From an uncultured Candidatus Saccharibacteria bacterium (GTDB taxonomy: Bacteria > Patescibacteriota > Saccharimonadia > Saccharimonadales > CAZNVG01): 23,694 nt of DNA. This document shows, piece by piece, positions 8,778-17,282 of the stretch. The stretch lies in the NCBI GenBank assembly GCA_964576475.1, contig CAZNVG010000015.1, forward strand, positions 1 through 23,694. Reading direction: 5' to 3'. Position 1 is the first letter of the stretch; the number at the start of each line of letters is the position of its first letter. The translations under genes and the position numbers were made by a program. The notes under the pieces were generated by a model. That model searched no databases, was not told the DNA's origin, and saw only the letters and a list, made by a program, of their open reading frames with translations.

Positions 8778-8932
8778 GCGACGATCCGCTTACGTGTGCA
8801 GAGAAAATGGCATATGACTCACAACAGGAGGCGGAGGCTGCATCTACGACTCTTGCCTACCGGCATGGCGAAAAGTTGAAAGTGTATCTTTGCAGAGAGT
8901 GCCATCTTTGGCACATGAGTTCCAGAGGGTAG
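8774..8932 (+). CDS. Small (52 aa) Cys/His zinc-ribbon-like protein, translationally coupled to the HD gene
   Basis: Not in the ORF track because it is under 60 aa. The ATG at 8774 overlaps the upstream TGA at 8775-8777 (ATGA). Sequence: MSDDPLTCAEKMAYDSQQEAEAASTTLAYRHGEKLKVYLCRECHLWHMSSRG. It contains C8, C40-x2-C43, H44 and H47. It ends TAG at 8930-8932, 6 nt from the convergent gene. Confidence 0.4.
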   Translation: MSDDPLTCAEKMAYDSQQEAEAASTTLAYRHGEKLKVYLCRECHLWHMSSRG

Positions 8933-8938
8933 GGCTAC

Positions 8939-9676
8939 CTAGATAGTTTCTTCGTTTGCGGCAGGATGGGTGTAGTCTTCAAGTGCAAATACTTCTGCTG
9001 GTTCGGTATTTCGTTGATCGAGTAAATAGTCAATTCCTCGCTTGAAATAGACACCAGTTACACCGTAGCTAAAGGCAAGGGATCCAATAGCGGCAACGTT
9101 TGTAGCCGACCTGAGGTTTTCACTGGCTACTGGATAACTTTCTTCCATGGCTTTACTTGTTAAGTAGCCAGCCATCGTAACACCAGTACTGACGAACGCC
9201 CACCGTCCAGCCTCAATTGGCTTCACAGCCTCTTTGCCGAATACTTTAGCGCCTATCGTAGTGGTGCCAACCGTCAATGCTTCTCTAGCTATCATTGCTT
9301 GCACATAGGATGTTGGTGCAGCCTGTGTTTGAGCGAGACTCCTCGACGTATCTACGGCAAGAATTCGGTCTGCTGTGGCATCAAGAATCTGACCCCAAAT
9401 AGAAGCACCACCGAGCCATCCTTTCTTAGCCACATAGCCGTCAACTGTGTCGAGAGCAAATGCGCCGACCACCATAGCGCCTCCGCTCCAGTATCTTCCT
9501 TCTCGAATACGACGATTTCCATAGAAACCAAGCGCCATACGGCCAGCGGTAATAGCGTTGGCGCCAGTCAGTACTTTTTTAGAAGGATTTTTTTCGGTTC
9601 CGAGTGGCACTACTTTGTCACCACTTTCAGTATGTAATCGATAATTTGTAGGTTCTTGCATGCAGTCATTGTACAC
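8939..9676 (-). CDS. CDP-alcohol phosphatidyltransferase family protein (PgsA-like)
   Basis: Motif DTVDGYVAKKGWLGGASIWGQILDATADR fits D-G-x2-A-(R/K)-x8-10-G-x3-D-x3-D. 245 aa. A second Met at 9661 is an alternative start. Confidence 0.6.
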   Translation of the reverse strand: MYNDCMQEPTNYRLHTESGDKVVPLGTEKNPSKKVLTGANAITAGRMALGFYGNRRIREGRYWSGGAMVVGAFALDTVDGYVAKKGWLGGASIWGQILDATADRILAVDTSRSLAQTQAAPTSYVQAMIAREALTVGTTTIGAKVFGKEAVKPIEAGRWAFVSTGVTMAGYLTSKAMEESYPVASENLRSATNVAAIGSLAFSYGVTGVYFKRGIDYLLDQRNTEPAEVFALEDYTHPAANEETI

Positions 9677-9745
9677 AATGGCACTGCAAAAACCACAAGC
9701 AGTTCATTTGCGTTAACAGGGGTAGTTAGTGTACCGTGTAGTCAT

Positions 9746-10414
9746 ATGAATACCCGAACAATACATATTATTACGTTGTTCCCCGACATGGTGTCTGGTG
9801 TTCTAAACACGAGCATGATGTTCAAGGCGCAGGACAAACAACTCATTCGGTTTAACATTATTCAGCTCAGGGATTATGGTCTTGGTCCGCGTAAGCAAGT
9901 TGATGACACGCCTTATGGCGGTGGTGACGGCATGCTGTTGAAGCCAGAGCCGTTATTTTCAGCTGTTGAAGCCGCCAAGGAGATTTCTCCCAAAGCCGCC
10001 GTCTTACTTATGACACCTCGGGGTGAACGATTTGATCAGGCTTGCGCGCAATCAATTTGTGACGAAGGAAGAGATCTTATTTTTATATGTGGTCGATACG
10101 AAGGGTATGACGAGAGAATTACGCAAATAGTCGATGAGCAACTGTCGGTGGGCGATTATGTATTAACAGGAGGAGAATTGCCTGCATTGACAATCATCGA
10201 CGCCGTGGTGCGTTTGATCCCTGGGGTGCTTGGCGGAGAACAAAGTGCACAGATAGAATCTTTTTCTGACGGAGAGACGCTCGAGTTTCCTCAGTACACT
10301 CGGCCAGAGTCATTCAGGGGACAACAAGTGCCCGAGGTGCTACTGAGTGGTAATCATGCAGAAATAGAAAAATGGCGCCAAGCGCAGTCCAAAAAATCAC
10401 CGCCGCGAGTTTGA
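9746..10414 (+). CDS. trmD: tRNA (guanine37-N1)-methyltransferase
   Basis: Starts MNTRTIHIITLFPDM. Conserved TrmD features: ...PYGGGDGMLLKPEP..., GRYEGYDERI and YVLTGGELPA. The track's 9656 start would overlap the divergent gene, so I prefer the in-frame ATG at 9746. Confidence 0.9.
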   Translation: MNTRTIHIITLFPDMVSGVLNTSMMFKAQDKQLIRFNIIQLRDYGLGPRKQVDDTPYGGGDGMLLKPEPLFSAVEAAKEISPKAAVLLMTPRGERFDQACAQSICDEGRDLIFICGRYEGYDERITQIVDEQLSVGDYVLTGGELPALTIIDAVVRLIPGVLGGEQSAQIESFSDGETLEFPQYTRPESFRGQQVPEVLLSGNHAEIEKWRQAQSKKSPPRV

Positions 10415-10439
10415 CCCGCGTGGTCTAGTTTTGTATACT
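10411..10439 (+). promoter_or_regulatory. Sigma70-like promoter TTGACC-17nt-TATACT for the LysM-CHAP gene
   Basis: The -35 TTGACC at 10411-10416 overlaps the trmD stop. The spacer is 17 nt and the -10 TATACT is at 10434-10439. The 5'UTR contains the inverted repeat AAGTGAG (10447-10453) / CTCACTT (10475-10481). Confidence 0.4.
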
Positions 10440-10490
10440 AACGCTTAAGTGAGGTTTCTGCCACCTCTGTCAAGCTCACTTACAAAACCC

Positions 10491-11621
10491 ATGAAATCAA
10501 TTACTAACCTGCCCATAAAGAGCATTCTGACTAGAGAGGTACACGCACTCTCAAAGCGTTTGCGTCCGCTTATTTCGCGCTCAGCGCTTATTATTCATAT
10601 TGCTTTAATTTCTGGACTTTCAGTATTTGTTTACCAGTCATCACATCATCGTAGATTGAGCTCAGCGCCAATTGTGCCACGTACCGTAGAATCAGAGGCG
10701 CCGGCAGTCATTGACGAAGTTGCTTCTGCCGGGATTGCTGCTGTAGTTGCCAAAACGGGCGGGCTTACCGAAAAAGAAAACGTTGCCAACCAAGCAGACT
10801 CGCTTACTGCACAGGTCAACTTCGCTACAGTAGACGAGAACTACCTGGCGCGACCCCAGATCGTTGTGACAGATACAAAAACGCGCAAGGACATCATCAC
10901 TTATAAGACAGTAGGTGGAGACACTGTTGGCTCACTAGCTGCTAAGTTCAACGTTACTTCCGACACTATACGATGGGCCAATGGTCTAACTGGTGATGCA
11001 CTCGCGCCAGATAAGGAACTACAGATCCCACCAATTAATGGCGTACTTTACACAGTTAAAGCTGGCGATACGCCAGAATCACTCGCTTCCAAGTACAAGG
11101 CAAGTAAAGAACAGATTATTTTCTTCAATGACATCGAGCTAACGGGACTAAAGGCTGGCGAGAAAATCATGATCCCTGGCGGCTCTATTGAAGCTGTGGT
11201 CGTGCGCACTACTAGAACAAGTACCTCTACATCGAGTTCATCGGGCAGCTATGGCTTCGCATTTGGTACGGAACCGCTTTATGGTGGAAACGGCTACAGT
11301 CTTGGCTACTGTACGTGGCACGCCGCTAATAGACGAATACAGATAGGGCGACCGCTCCCAAGAAACCTCGGCAACGCCGTTACGTGGTATGCACTCGCAC
11401 AGCAAGCTGGTATCGCCGTCGGTAGTCAGCCGCAAGCAGGTGCCGTGTTATGGCACAGGGACCGTAGCGCTGGTGGCGGACTCGGACACGTTGCCTTTGT
11501 TGAGAAGGTAAACGAAGACGGCAGCATTCTAGTGTCAGATATGAACTATCCAATTTGGAATCGAATTACAACGCGCACAATACAGCCGAGCGAGTTTGGT
11601 CGATACGGTTTCATTTACTAA
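10491..11621 (+). CDS. Secreted/membrane-anchored peptidoglycan hydrolase with two LysM domains and a C-terminal CHAP domain
   Basis: N-terminal TM helix (ALIIHIALISGLSVFVY). Two LysM repeats (YKTVGGDTVGSLAAKFNV...; YTVKAGDTPESLASKYKA...). Ser/Thr linker (TTRTSTSTSSSSGS). The CHAP domain has a Cys in GYCTWHAAN and a His in GLGHVAFVE. The ATG at 10491 is preferred over the upstream GTG at 10449. Confidence 0.8.
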   Translation: MKSITNLPIKSILTREVHALSKRLRPLISRSALIIHIALISGLSVFVYQSSHHRRLSSAPIVPRTVESEAPAVIDEVASAGIAAVVAKTGGLTEKENVANQADSLTAQVNFATVDENYLARPQIVVTDTKTRKDIITYKTVGGDTVGSLAAKFNVTSDTIRWANGLTGDALAPDKELQIPPINGVLYTVKAGDTPESLASKYKASKEQIIFFNDIELTGLKAGEKIMIPGGSIEAVVVRTTRTSTSTSSSSGSYGFAFGTEPLYGGNGYSLGYCTWHAANRRIQIGRPLPRNLGNAVTWYALAQQAGIAVGSQPQAGAVLWHRDRSAGGGLGHVAFVEKVNEDGSILVSDMNYPIWNRITTRTIQPSEFGRYGFIY

Positions 11622-11659
11622 ATTGATAAAATTCACAAAATATGTCAATATATATCTAA

Positions 11660-12919
11660 ATGTTTGTAGATAAAGTCACAGTTTCAGTAAAAGCAGGGAA
11701 TGGCGGCAACGGAGCCGTCAGTTTTCGTCATGAAAAATATGTTGATAAGGGCGGACCCGATGGTGGTGACGGCGGAAATGGCGGCGATGTCATATTCGTA
11801 GCCGAACATAACCAGAGCAGTCTTGCGGCATTTCGCTTTCAACCTAAACTTAACGCAGAATCAGGTGTCAATGGATCAAAGCGCAAAAAGCGCGGCGCCA
11901 GCGGTGACGACCTCTTGGTTAAAGTGCCTGTCGGTACAGTTGTCGTTCGAGACGATCGTATAGTTGCAGATCTCACAGAAGAAGGACAGCGAGCAACAGT
12001 TGCAGAAGGCGGCCGCGGAGGGTTCGGAAACGCGCACTTTATTAGCTCAACGCGCCAGGCTCCACGAGTTGCCGAGCTTGGAGAAAAAGGTGATGACTAC
12101 ACCTTGATTTTAGAGCTTAAAATGTTAGCTGATGTTGGATTAATTGGACTGCCTAATGCCGGCAAGTCTACTTTTCTATCAGTCGTCAGTAACGCCACAC
12201 CAGAAATTGCTGACTACCCGTTCACGACACTAAAACCTAATCTTGGCGTAGCCGATTTTGATAGTCATTCACTTTTGATCGCCGATATCCCTGGTCTCAT
12301 AGAAGGAGCCAGCAAGGGTAAGGGGCTCGGAGTTGAGTTCCTTCGCCACGTGGAGCGTACCCAGGTGCTCTTGCATCTAATTGATGTCACGAGTAATGAT
12401 GTCGTAGCCGATTATGAAACCATTCGAAAAGAGCTTCGTGAATACGCAGTCGATATGACCAAAAAGCCACAGATCGTCGCCCTTACCAAGACCGACACAC
12501 TTGACGAAGAACTCGTAGCGATGCAGATGAAAGAACTCAGAGCGGTTTTGCCCGTTCGCACAAAACTTATTGCTATAACCGCTAAGAATAAACAGAGCTT
12601 ACTTGAAGTTCTCAGGGAAACATACAAGATTGTAGTCAGACAGAGGAAGAAGAAAACTGTCGCCATAGATCCAGATGCCGTACCAATCTACGAGCTACAG
12701 AATGATGATGCTTGGCGCGTTACAGTTACGGGAACGACGTACATAGTAAGTGGAAGAAAAATAGAGCGATTTGCCGAGAGAACAGACACTGAGAGTGAAT
12801 ACGGCGTACGTCGACTAAGAGATATCATGCGCAAAATGGGTATTATGCATGAACTGGAGCGCAAAAAAGCCGAACGCGGCACCGTAATTCATATCGGAAA
12901 CAAATCCATCAAATACTAG
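11660..12919 (+). CDS. obg: GTPase Obg/CgtA
   Basis: Glycine-rich Obg fold at the N-terminus (VKAGNGGNGAVSFRHEKYVDKGGPDGGDGGNGGDVIF). G-domain motifs: GLPNAGKST, DIPGLIEGA, TKTD. C-terminal OCT/TGS-like domain. Confidence 0.95.
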   Translation: MFVDKVTVSVKAGNGGNGAVSFRHEKYVDKGGPDGGDGGNGGDVIFVAEHNQSSLAAFRFQPKLNAESGVNGSKRKKRGASGDDLLVKVPVGTVVVRDDRIVADLTEEGQRATVAEGGRGGFGNAHFISSTRQAPRVAELGEKGDDYTLILELKMLADVGLIGLPNAGKSTFLSVVSNATPEIADYPFTTLKPNLGVADFDSHSLLIADIPGLIEGASKGKGLGVEFLRHVERTQVLLHLIDVTSNDVVADYETIRKELREYAVDMTKKPQIVALTKTDTLDEELVAMQMKELRAVLPVRTKLIAITAKNKQSLLEVLRETYKIVVRQRKKKTVAIDPDAVPIYELQNDDAWRVTVTGTTYIVSGRKIERFAERTDTESEYGVRRLRDIMRKMGIMHELERKKAERGTVIHIGNKSIKY

Positions 12920-12947
12920 ACAAATAAGCATAAATGTGTTAAAATTG

Positions 12948-12980
12948 CACCGAATTACACTTCGGTGTTTTTCGTTATTT
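12948..12980 (+). terminator. Rho-independent terminator of obg
   Basis: Stem CACCGAA (12948-12954), loop TTACAC, stem TTCGGTG (12961-12967). It is followed by the T-tract TTTTTCGTTATTT. Confidence 0.75.
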
Positions 12981-13000
12981 GACAGATAGCCAATTGAAGC

Positions 13001-13052
13001 GCTAGGTGAGGTACGTGTGCTTTTATGACAGAGCACACCTATCTCATCTAGC
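13001..13052. repeat. 21-nt imperfect inverted repeat (hairpin) in the leader of the island-2 gene
   Basis: Left arm GCTAGGTGAGGTACGTGTGCT (13001-13021), a 10-nt loop, right arm AGCACACCTATCTCATCTAGC (13032-13052). There is 1 true mismatch and 2 G-U-compatible positions. A perfect TTGACA lies at 12979-12984 just upstream. Confidence 0.5.
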
Positions 13053-13119
13053 AAATGGAAACACCCACTTGCAGCAATCAGAGATTGTCGGCATCAAGCC
13101 GAGTGAGAGAGAGGAAATC

Positions 13120-14001
13120 ATGACCTCGGTCATCACCCGCAAGTCCACCCACCCCTTCACCAACCTGACCATCAAGACCAAGACGAAGGTCTCGGGCTTC
13201 ACCGCCGGCACGGAGACGGTCATCAACGAACTGCTCACGCAGCTGTTCGGTGACTTCGTCTCCGCCATCGACCTCGTGGAGCCCAAGCTGCAGAAGCTCA
13301 TCACCGAGCCGATGCCCGGCCAGTTCACCAAGTCGCGAACCAGCATGGTCAGCGGCGTCAACGGTGTGCGCGTCGAGGTTCAGGTCGACGTCCAGATCGA
13401 CTCGATCGTCGATGCCGAACGCATCAACGAGATCGTGTCCTTCCTGTTCGAGCCGATCCTCAGCACGTCGATGTCGGCGATCGCACGTGGCGGTCTGTTC
13501 ACGCGCACGGACCTTCAGCGTCTGCGCAGCGAACACCTTCCGCCGTTCGCGGACATCGTGAGCCAGCTGGCCGGCTTCGTGGCGTCGACGTTCCAGTCGA
13601 TGGGCAGCAAGCGCACCGACTTCGGTTCGCGTCACAACTTCAGCGCCTTCGACAAGACGTTCATGCAGAACGAGAACCCGGATCGCGACCTCTACTCGCG
13701 CCTCGGTGATCTCGCCACGCGAGCACACCGCAAGGGTGCCGGCGCGCATCGTTCCGGAGCCGACACGTCCTTCTCGACCACGTCGGGTTCGATGTCCGGC
13801 GAGGACTTCCTCGAGCGACTCGGCGATCTCGATCGCTTCTTCGCTCCCGGCTTCGGTCTCGTCGACGCCATGGAGGAGAGCCCGCTCTTCGAGCGCATCG
13901 TCGGTGACGGCTTCGTGCTCGAGATGTTCGAGGTGGTCCCTCCGCCGTTCAAGACCTACGGCGACCTCAAGGATCGCCGACGCGACAGCGCCACGAGCTG
14001 A
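13120..14001 (+). CDS. Hypothetical soluble protein, no recognised domain. High-GC island 2.
   Basis: The ATG at 13120 is preceded by GAGAGAGAGG with 5-nt spacing. Strong GC3 bias on the plus strand (ACC TCG GTC ATC ACC CGC AAG TCC ...). No TM helix. 293 aa. The antisense ORF 13078-14055 is an artefact. Confidence 0.65.
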   Translation: MTSVITRKSTHPFTNLTIKTKTKVSGFTAGTETVINELLTQLFGDFVSAIDLVEPKLQKLITEPMPGQFTKSRTSMVSGVNGVRVEVQVDVQIDSIVDAERINEIVSFLFEPILSTSMSAIARGGLFTRTDLQRLRSEHLPPFADIVSQLAGFVASTFQSMGSKRTDFGSRHNFSAFDKTFMQNENPDRDLYSRLGDLATRAHRKGAGAHRSGADTSFSTTSGSMSGEDFLERLGDLDRFFAPGFGLVDAMEESPLFERIVGDGFVLEMFEVVPPPFKTYGDLKDRRRDSATS

Positions 14002-14016
14002 TCGTCGGGTGAGTAC

Positions 14017-14051
14017 GGGGCAGCAGCCACGAGAAAGAAGGCTGCGCCCCC
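14017..14051 (+). terminator. GC-rich stem-loop downstream of the island-2 gene (factor-independent terminator of high-GC type, weak T-tract)
   Basis: GGGGCAGCAGCC (14017-14028), an 11-nt loop, GGCTGCGCCCC (14040-14050). That is about 11 bp with one bulge, followed by ...GGGTCGTTTCC. Confidence 0.45.
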
Positions 14052-14174
14052 ACAAGGGTCGTTTCCAATCAATTCTTTCTCCTCTGGCTGTCTGTCCCCC
14101 TCACTTCAATGACTACTTTGTCATTCTGACGAGTCCTCTGTAAGGACGAAAAGCGAGGTATACTAAGGTCAGTT

Positions 14175-15548
14175 GTGATTTTAGATAATCCCAGAGCTTT
14201 CAGCCTAGATAAGAACCCCGCTCCTAAGCGAGGAGCTGTTGTGTACGTCATGAGCAGAGACCAGAGGGTCGCCGACAATCACGCCTTGTTGTTGGCGCAA
14301 AGCGAGGCGCTTCGCCTTAAATCTCCACTACTAGTTGTTTTTTTCTTGCAAAAGCAGACAGGAAACAGAGCGCAGGAGCACTAGGTGTTTATGCTCAAAG
14401 GCTTAGCTGAGATTGGCGTTGAGTTGAAGTCGTATCATATTCCGTTTTTGATCCGAACAGGCAATCCAGTTACCGTACTTCGCTCTCTTGAAAAACTACT
14501 TGATGTATCGACAGTGATCATGGACTTCAATCCACTGCGCGGTCCACAGAATCGTTTTAATACATTGCATGAAAAACTAACGAGCACAGTCATTGAAGTA
14601 GATACGCACAATATTGTTCCTGCTCGGCTGGTTAGCGATAAACAAGAGTACGGTGCACGAACAATACGTCCAAAAATCCATAAACTATTGCCAGAATTCT
14701 TAGCAGAACCCGGCTCACTTAGGGTTCATCCACACACTGCTAAGCTGCCTGATGAGCTACGCGCCGGTGAAAGTTTGCATCTGCCTCGAACAGTGAAGGC
14801 TAACGGCACGCATATAGTGCAGACATCTGGGGAGATGGCTGCTCGCGAAGCGCTAGATGTATTTATAAAGGAAAGACTCAAAGGCTATGCATCACGACGC
14901 AATGATCCCACACTCGACGGCTTGAGTAAGCTAAGTCCATATTTGCATTTCGGCCAACTTGCAAGTCTTCGGGCTGTGCTTGATGTTGAGATAGCGGCCG
15001 CAAATGATCAGACACTTAGAGTTGATGCTGACGCCTTCATAGAAGAGATAGTAGTGCGAAAGGAGTTATCAGATAACTATTGTCTGCATAATAAGAATTA
15101 TGATTCCTTGCGAGGCGCTCCAGGCTGGGCCCAGAAAACACTTCATGAGCATGCGGGCGATCCAAGAGAGCGCCTGTATTCTCTACCGGAGCTAGAAGGT
15201 GCACAGACGCATGACCCAGCATGGAACGCAGCACAGCGGGAGATGCGAGTGACGGGTAAAATGCAAGGGTATATGCGCATGTACTGGGCTAAGAAAGTGC
15301 TCGAGTGGAGTCCAGATGCTGCTACGGCAATTAAGCATCTCATGTATCTCAATGATTTCTATTCTATCGATGGCGGTGATCCCAACGGCTATGTCGGTAT
15401 TCTCTGGTCAGTCGCTGGCTTGCACGATCGACCTTGGTCTACACGAGATGTGTTTGGCTCTGTTCGCTATATGAACTACCAAGGGCTAAAAAGAAAATTT
15501 GATATCACTGCATATCAAGAACAATGGGCCGATTCTCTGTCTCTCTAG
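14175..15548 (+). pseudogene. phr: Class II CPD photolyase interrupted by an in-frame TAG at 14382-14384
   Basis: ORFs 14175-14384 and 14385-15548 are in the same frame. The N-terminal part (AVVYVMSRDQRVADNHALL...LLVVFFL) and the C-terminal part (VFMLKGL ... WAKKVLEWSPDAA...YLNDFYSIDGGDPNGYVGILWSVAGLHDRPW...RYMNYQGLKRKFD) together form a complete class II photolyase. The TAG falls where homologues carry Tyr/His (RQYEFML), so it is one substitution away from TAY. TAG is a genuine stop elsewhere in the window. Confidence 0.8.
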
Positions 15549-15566
15549 AAAACTATCGATTGTAAG

Positions 15567-15595
15567 TTGAATCGCATAAGTCAGTGATGTAGAAT
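15567..15595 (+). promoter_or_regulatory. Sigma70-like promoter TTGAAT-17nt-TAGAAT giving a near-leaderless transcript
   Basis: -35 at 15567-15572, a 17-nt spacer, -10 at 15590-15595. The ATG at 15604 is only 8 nt after the -10. Confidence 0.45.
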
Positions 15596-15603
15596 AGCTT
15601 CTT

Positions 15604-15975
15604 ATGCAAAATCCTAACGTCAAAACGTTCTCTATGCCTCATGTGTCTAAAGAAGAGTTTGTAGCTCAACTATCAATTGCCAGCGAGAGTATTGAGCGCT
15701 ATTATCTGGCTCCTCGACGAGCTTCTCTGCCTACAGCCGAAGTTTGCATAGGAGGGCTGACAATAATTGTGCGAGAAGTCAGAGCGGACGATCTGGTAAT
15801 TCAGGGCGACGCGCTTATTGCTGGCGTGCACAAAAACGCATGGGAGGAGCACTTGCTGCAATCCTTTGACACGGCTCGAAGCCCTATCCCACTGGCAACC
15901 TTTCGATTGGACGAAAATGCTGAGGTCGCAAGTGTGCGATGCGAAGTTGACATGAGAAAGACAATAATACACTGA
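15604..15975 (+). CDS. Hypothetical protein (123 aa)
   Basis: ORF with a strong promoter immediately upstream. No recognised motif. Confidence 0.5.
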   Translation: MQNPNVKTFSMPHVSKEEFVAQLSIASESIERYYLAPRRASLPTAEVCIGGLTIIVREVRADDLVIQGDALIAGVHKNAWEEHLLQSFDTARSPIPLATFRLDENAEVASVRCEVDMRKTIIH

Positions 15976-16014
15976 AATTGACAAGTGCTCCAGTAGTAGT
16001 ATCATAATAGTTAT

Positions 16015-17235
16015 ATGGAAAATGAACCACAGGCGCACATGACCGCCTCGCAGCAAATACCAAATCCTTTTAGCGGTGAAATGTTTCGTGTAACTATGGA
16101 ACAAAATCATCTGCACGACGTTGTAGTGCGCTTGAATGAGCATTTTGCTAATAAGTCATACGCAACTGAAACGCAGAGCACTAATATTGATGGTACAAAA
16201 CAAGATTGGTTAGTGCTGCCGGGTGTAGAAATTACGTTTAGCGATGGTCAGAAAGGCTATCTACAATTTGCACGTATGAATGATCGTGCTACGCGAAAGC
16301 TAAAAGATCGCTCTCATGATACCTACATTGTTGTTAATGGTGGCATAAGTAATCCGCTCGCGAAACTAGACGTTAACCCTGATGATAATCCTTCTGTAAA
16401 ACTCGTCGATCTTAGCGCTTTGAGTAATATCACCATAGACAGCCCAGAACAGATCAGCGTTATCGACACCATGCTTGAGACACTGGATAACACAGAAGCA
16501 ATGAGAAAACTACATGCTCAGCAGATAGCAGAAAAGGTTATTGCTGAACGAGAAAAGAAACAACAAGAACAGCAAAGGAAGCAAAAGGCGCGTCGCCAAA
16601 AGGCACGTCGATTCATAGGTTCTACCGTAGTGACAACCCTAGTTACAGTAACGGGACTCTCAGCGGTAGGTGCTGCAGCGTACGGAATTAGAGCTGGCGT
16701 AGTCTGGGCTAATCCAGATCAAGAGCAACTTGGTGAGCTGATGCCTAATGACAGCTTTGTGCCAATTGGCGAGGAATCGCGTTTGTATGAAATTGAAGAC
16801 GATGACGTCATGCATGAACTCATTCGCACGCTAGATACGGTCAAGAATGAGTCAGTTAATTCGGACGAGAAGCTGCCTAAGGAAGTGGGCTCAGTAGAGC
16901 CGCAAGGTCGGGTAGGTTCTGTCCTGTCATTTTATCTACCTGATGAAAAGGGAGAATGTGAAGCACTCCCAATACAGTCTCCTCGCGAGGACGACAGCTC
17001 TATTATAGGTGCGCGAGTGCTTACCAGTGCCGGAGCGCCGGGTAATTACTCAGTTAAACTGACCAATGTAAGAACAAAAGTAACTGGCGAGACAGTGGGT
17101 GACTACACGACTGATGTAGCTTGGTTACGAGTGTGCAAGACTTCAGATTTCCGCGACTCGACTCGTGTCGGTGATCAGAATGAAGTGTTTGTCCGTTTTG
17201 AAGACAAAGATACGCTTCCGGAAAATTTGCGATAG
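16015..17235 (+). CDS. Bitopic membrane protein, paralog A (cytoplasmic N-domain, basic coiled-coil, single TM, about 200-aa extracytoplasmic C-domain)
   Basis: The TM helix FIGSTVVTTLVTVTGLSAVGAAAYGI is preceded by KQKARRQKARR (positive-inside). The N-domain is clearly paralogous to the next gene (WLVLPGVEITFSDGQKGYLQFARMNDRATRK vs WLVSPVVETTFTDGEAIELRLARCIDRKVRR). Promoter TTGACA at 15978-15983, then CATAAT. The ATG follows the -10 by 6 nt. Confidence 0.65.
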   Translation: MENEPQAHMTASQQIPNPFSGEMFRVTMEQNHLHDVVVRLNEHFANKSYATETQSTNIDGTKQDWLVLPGVEITFSDGQKGYLQFARMNDRATRKLKDRSHDTYIVVNGGISNPLAKLDVNPDDNPSVKLVDLSALSNITIDSPEQISVIDTMLETLDNTEAMRKLHAQQIAEKVIAEREKKQQEQQRKQKARRQKARRFIGSTVVTTLVTVTGLSAVGAAAYGIRAGVVWANPDQEQLGELMPNDSFVPIGEESRLYEIEDDDVMHELIRTLDTVKNESVNSDEKLPKEVGSVEPQGRVGSVLSFYLPDEKGECEALPIQSPREDDSSIIGARVLTSAGAPGNYSVKLTNVRTKVTGETVGDYTTDVAWLRVCKTSDFRDSTRVGDQNEVFVRFEDKDTLPENLR

Positions 17236-17282
17236 GCCATAGTCGCTAATATTGCAATCATGGTGTATAATAGTTTTATTAT

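Noticed and set aside
9299-9637. 112-aa plus-strand ORF, and other short ORFs listed in the track (68-298, 265-471, 539-841, 1021-1339, 1537-1880, 7224-7502, 8130-8330, 11238-11435, 12412-13054, 15037-15352, 15673-16143, 17143-17899, 18571-19225, 19327-19996, 22547-23333)
   Set aside because: All lie inside better-supported genes on the opposite strand or in another frame. They have no start context and non-protein-like composition.
9656-9745. Upstream extension of trmD from the track start at 9656, and the GTG start at 10449 for the LysM-CHAP gene
   Set aside because: The extensions are not conserved-looking. The 9656 start would overlap the divergent pgsA-like start. Homologous TrmD proteins begin at MNTRTIHI..., and the LysM-CHAP extension would place a promoter -10 inside the CDS.
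13078-14055. 325-aa ORF on the minus strand (and plus-strand alternative frames 13250-13561, 13706-14143)
   Set aside because: Antisense or out-of-frame readings of island 2. G/C-ending codons and the SD plus ATG at 13120 support the plus-strand frame 13120-14001.
14382-14384. TAG codon reassignment (alternative genetic code) as an explanation for the photolyase in-frame stop
   Set aside because: TAG clearly terminates other genes in this window. The GH5 gene ends TAG TAG TAA, and the zinc-ribbon ORF and the pgsA-like gene end in TAG next to convergent neighbours. A point mutation or sequencing error at a Tyr codon is more parsimonious.
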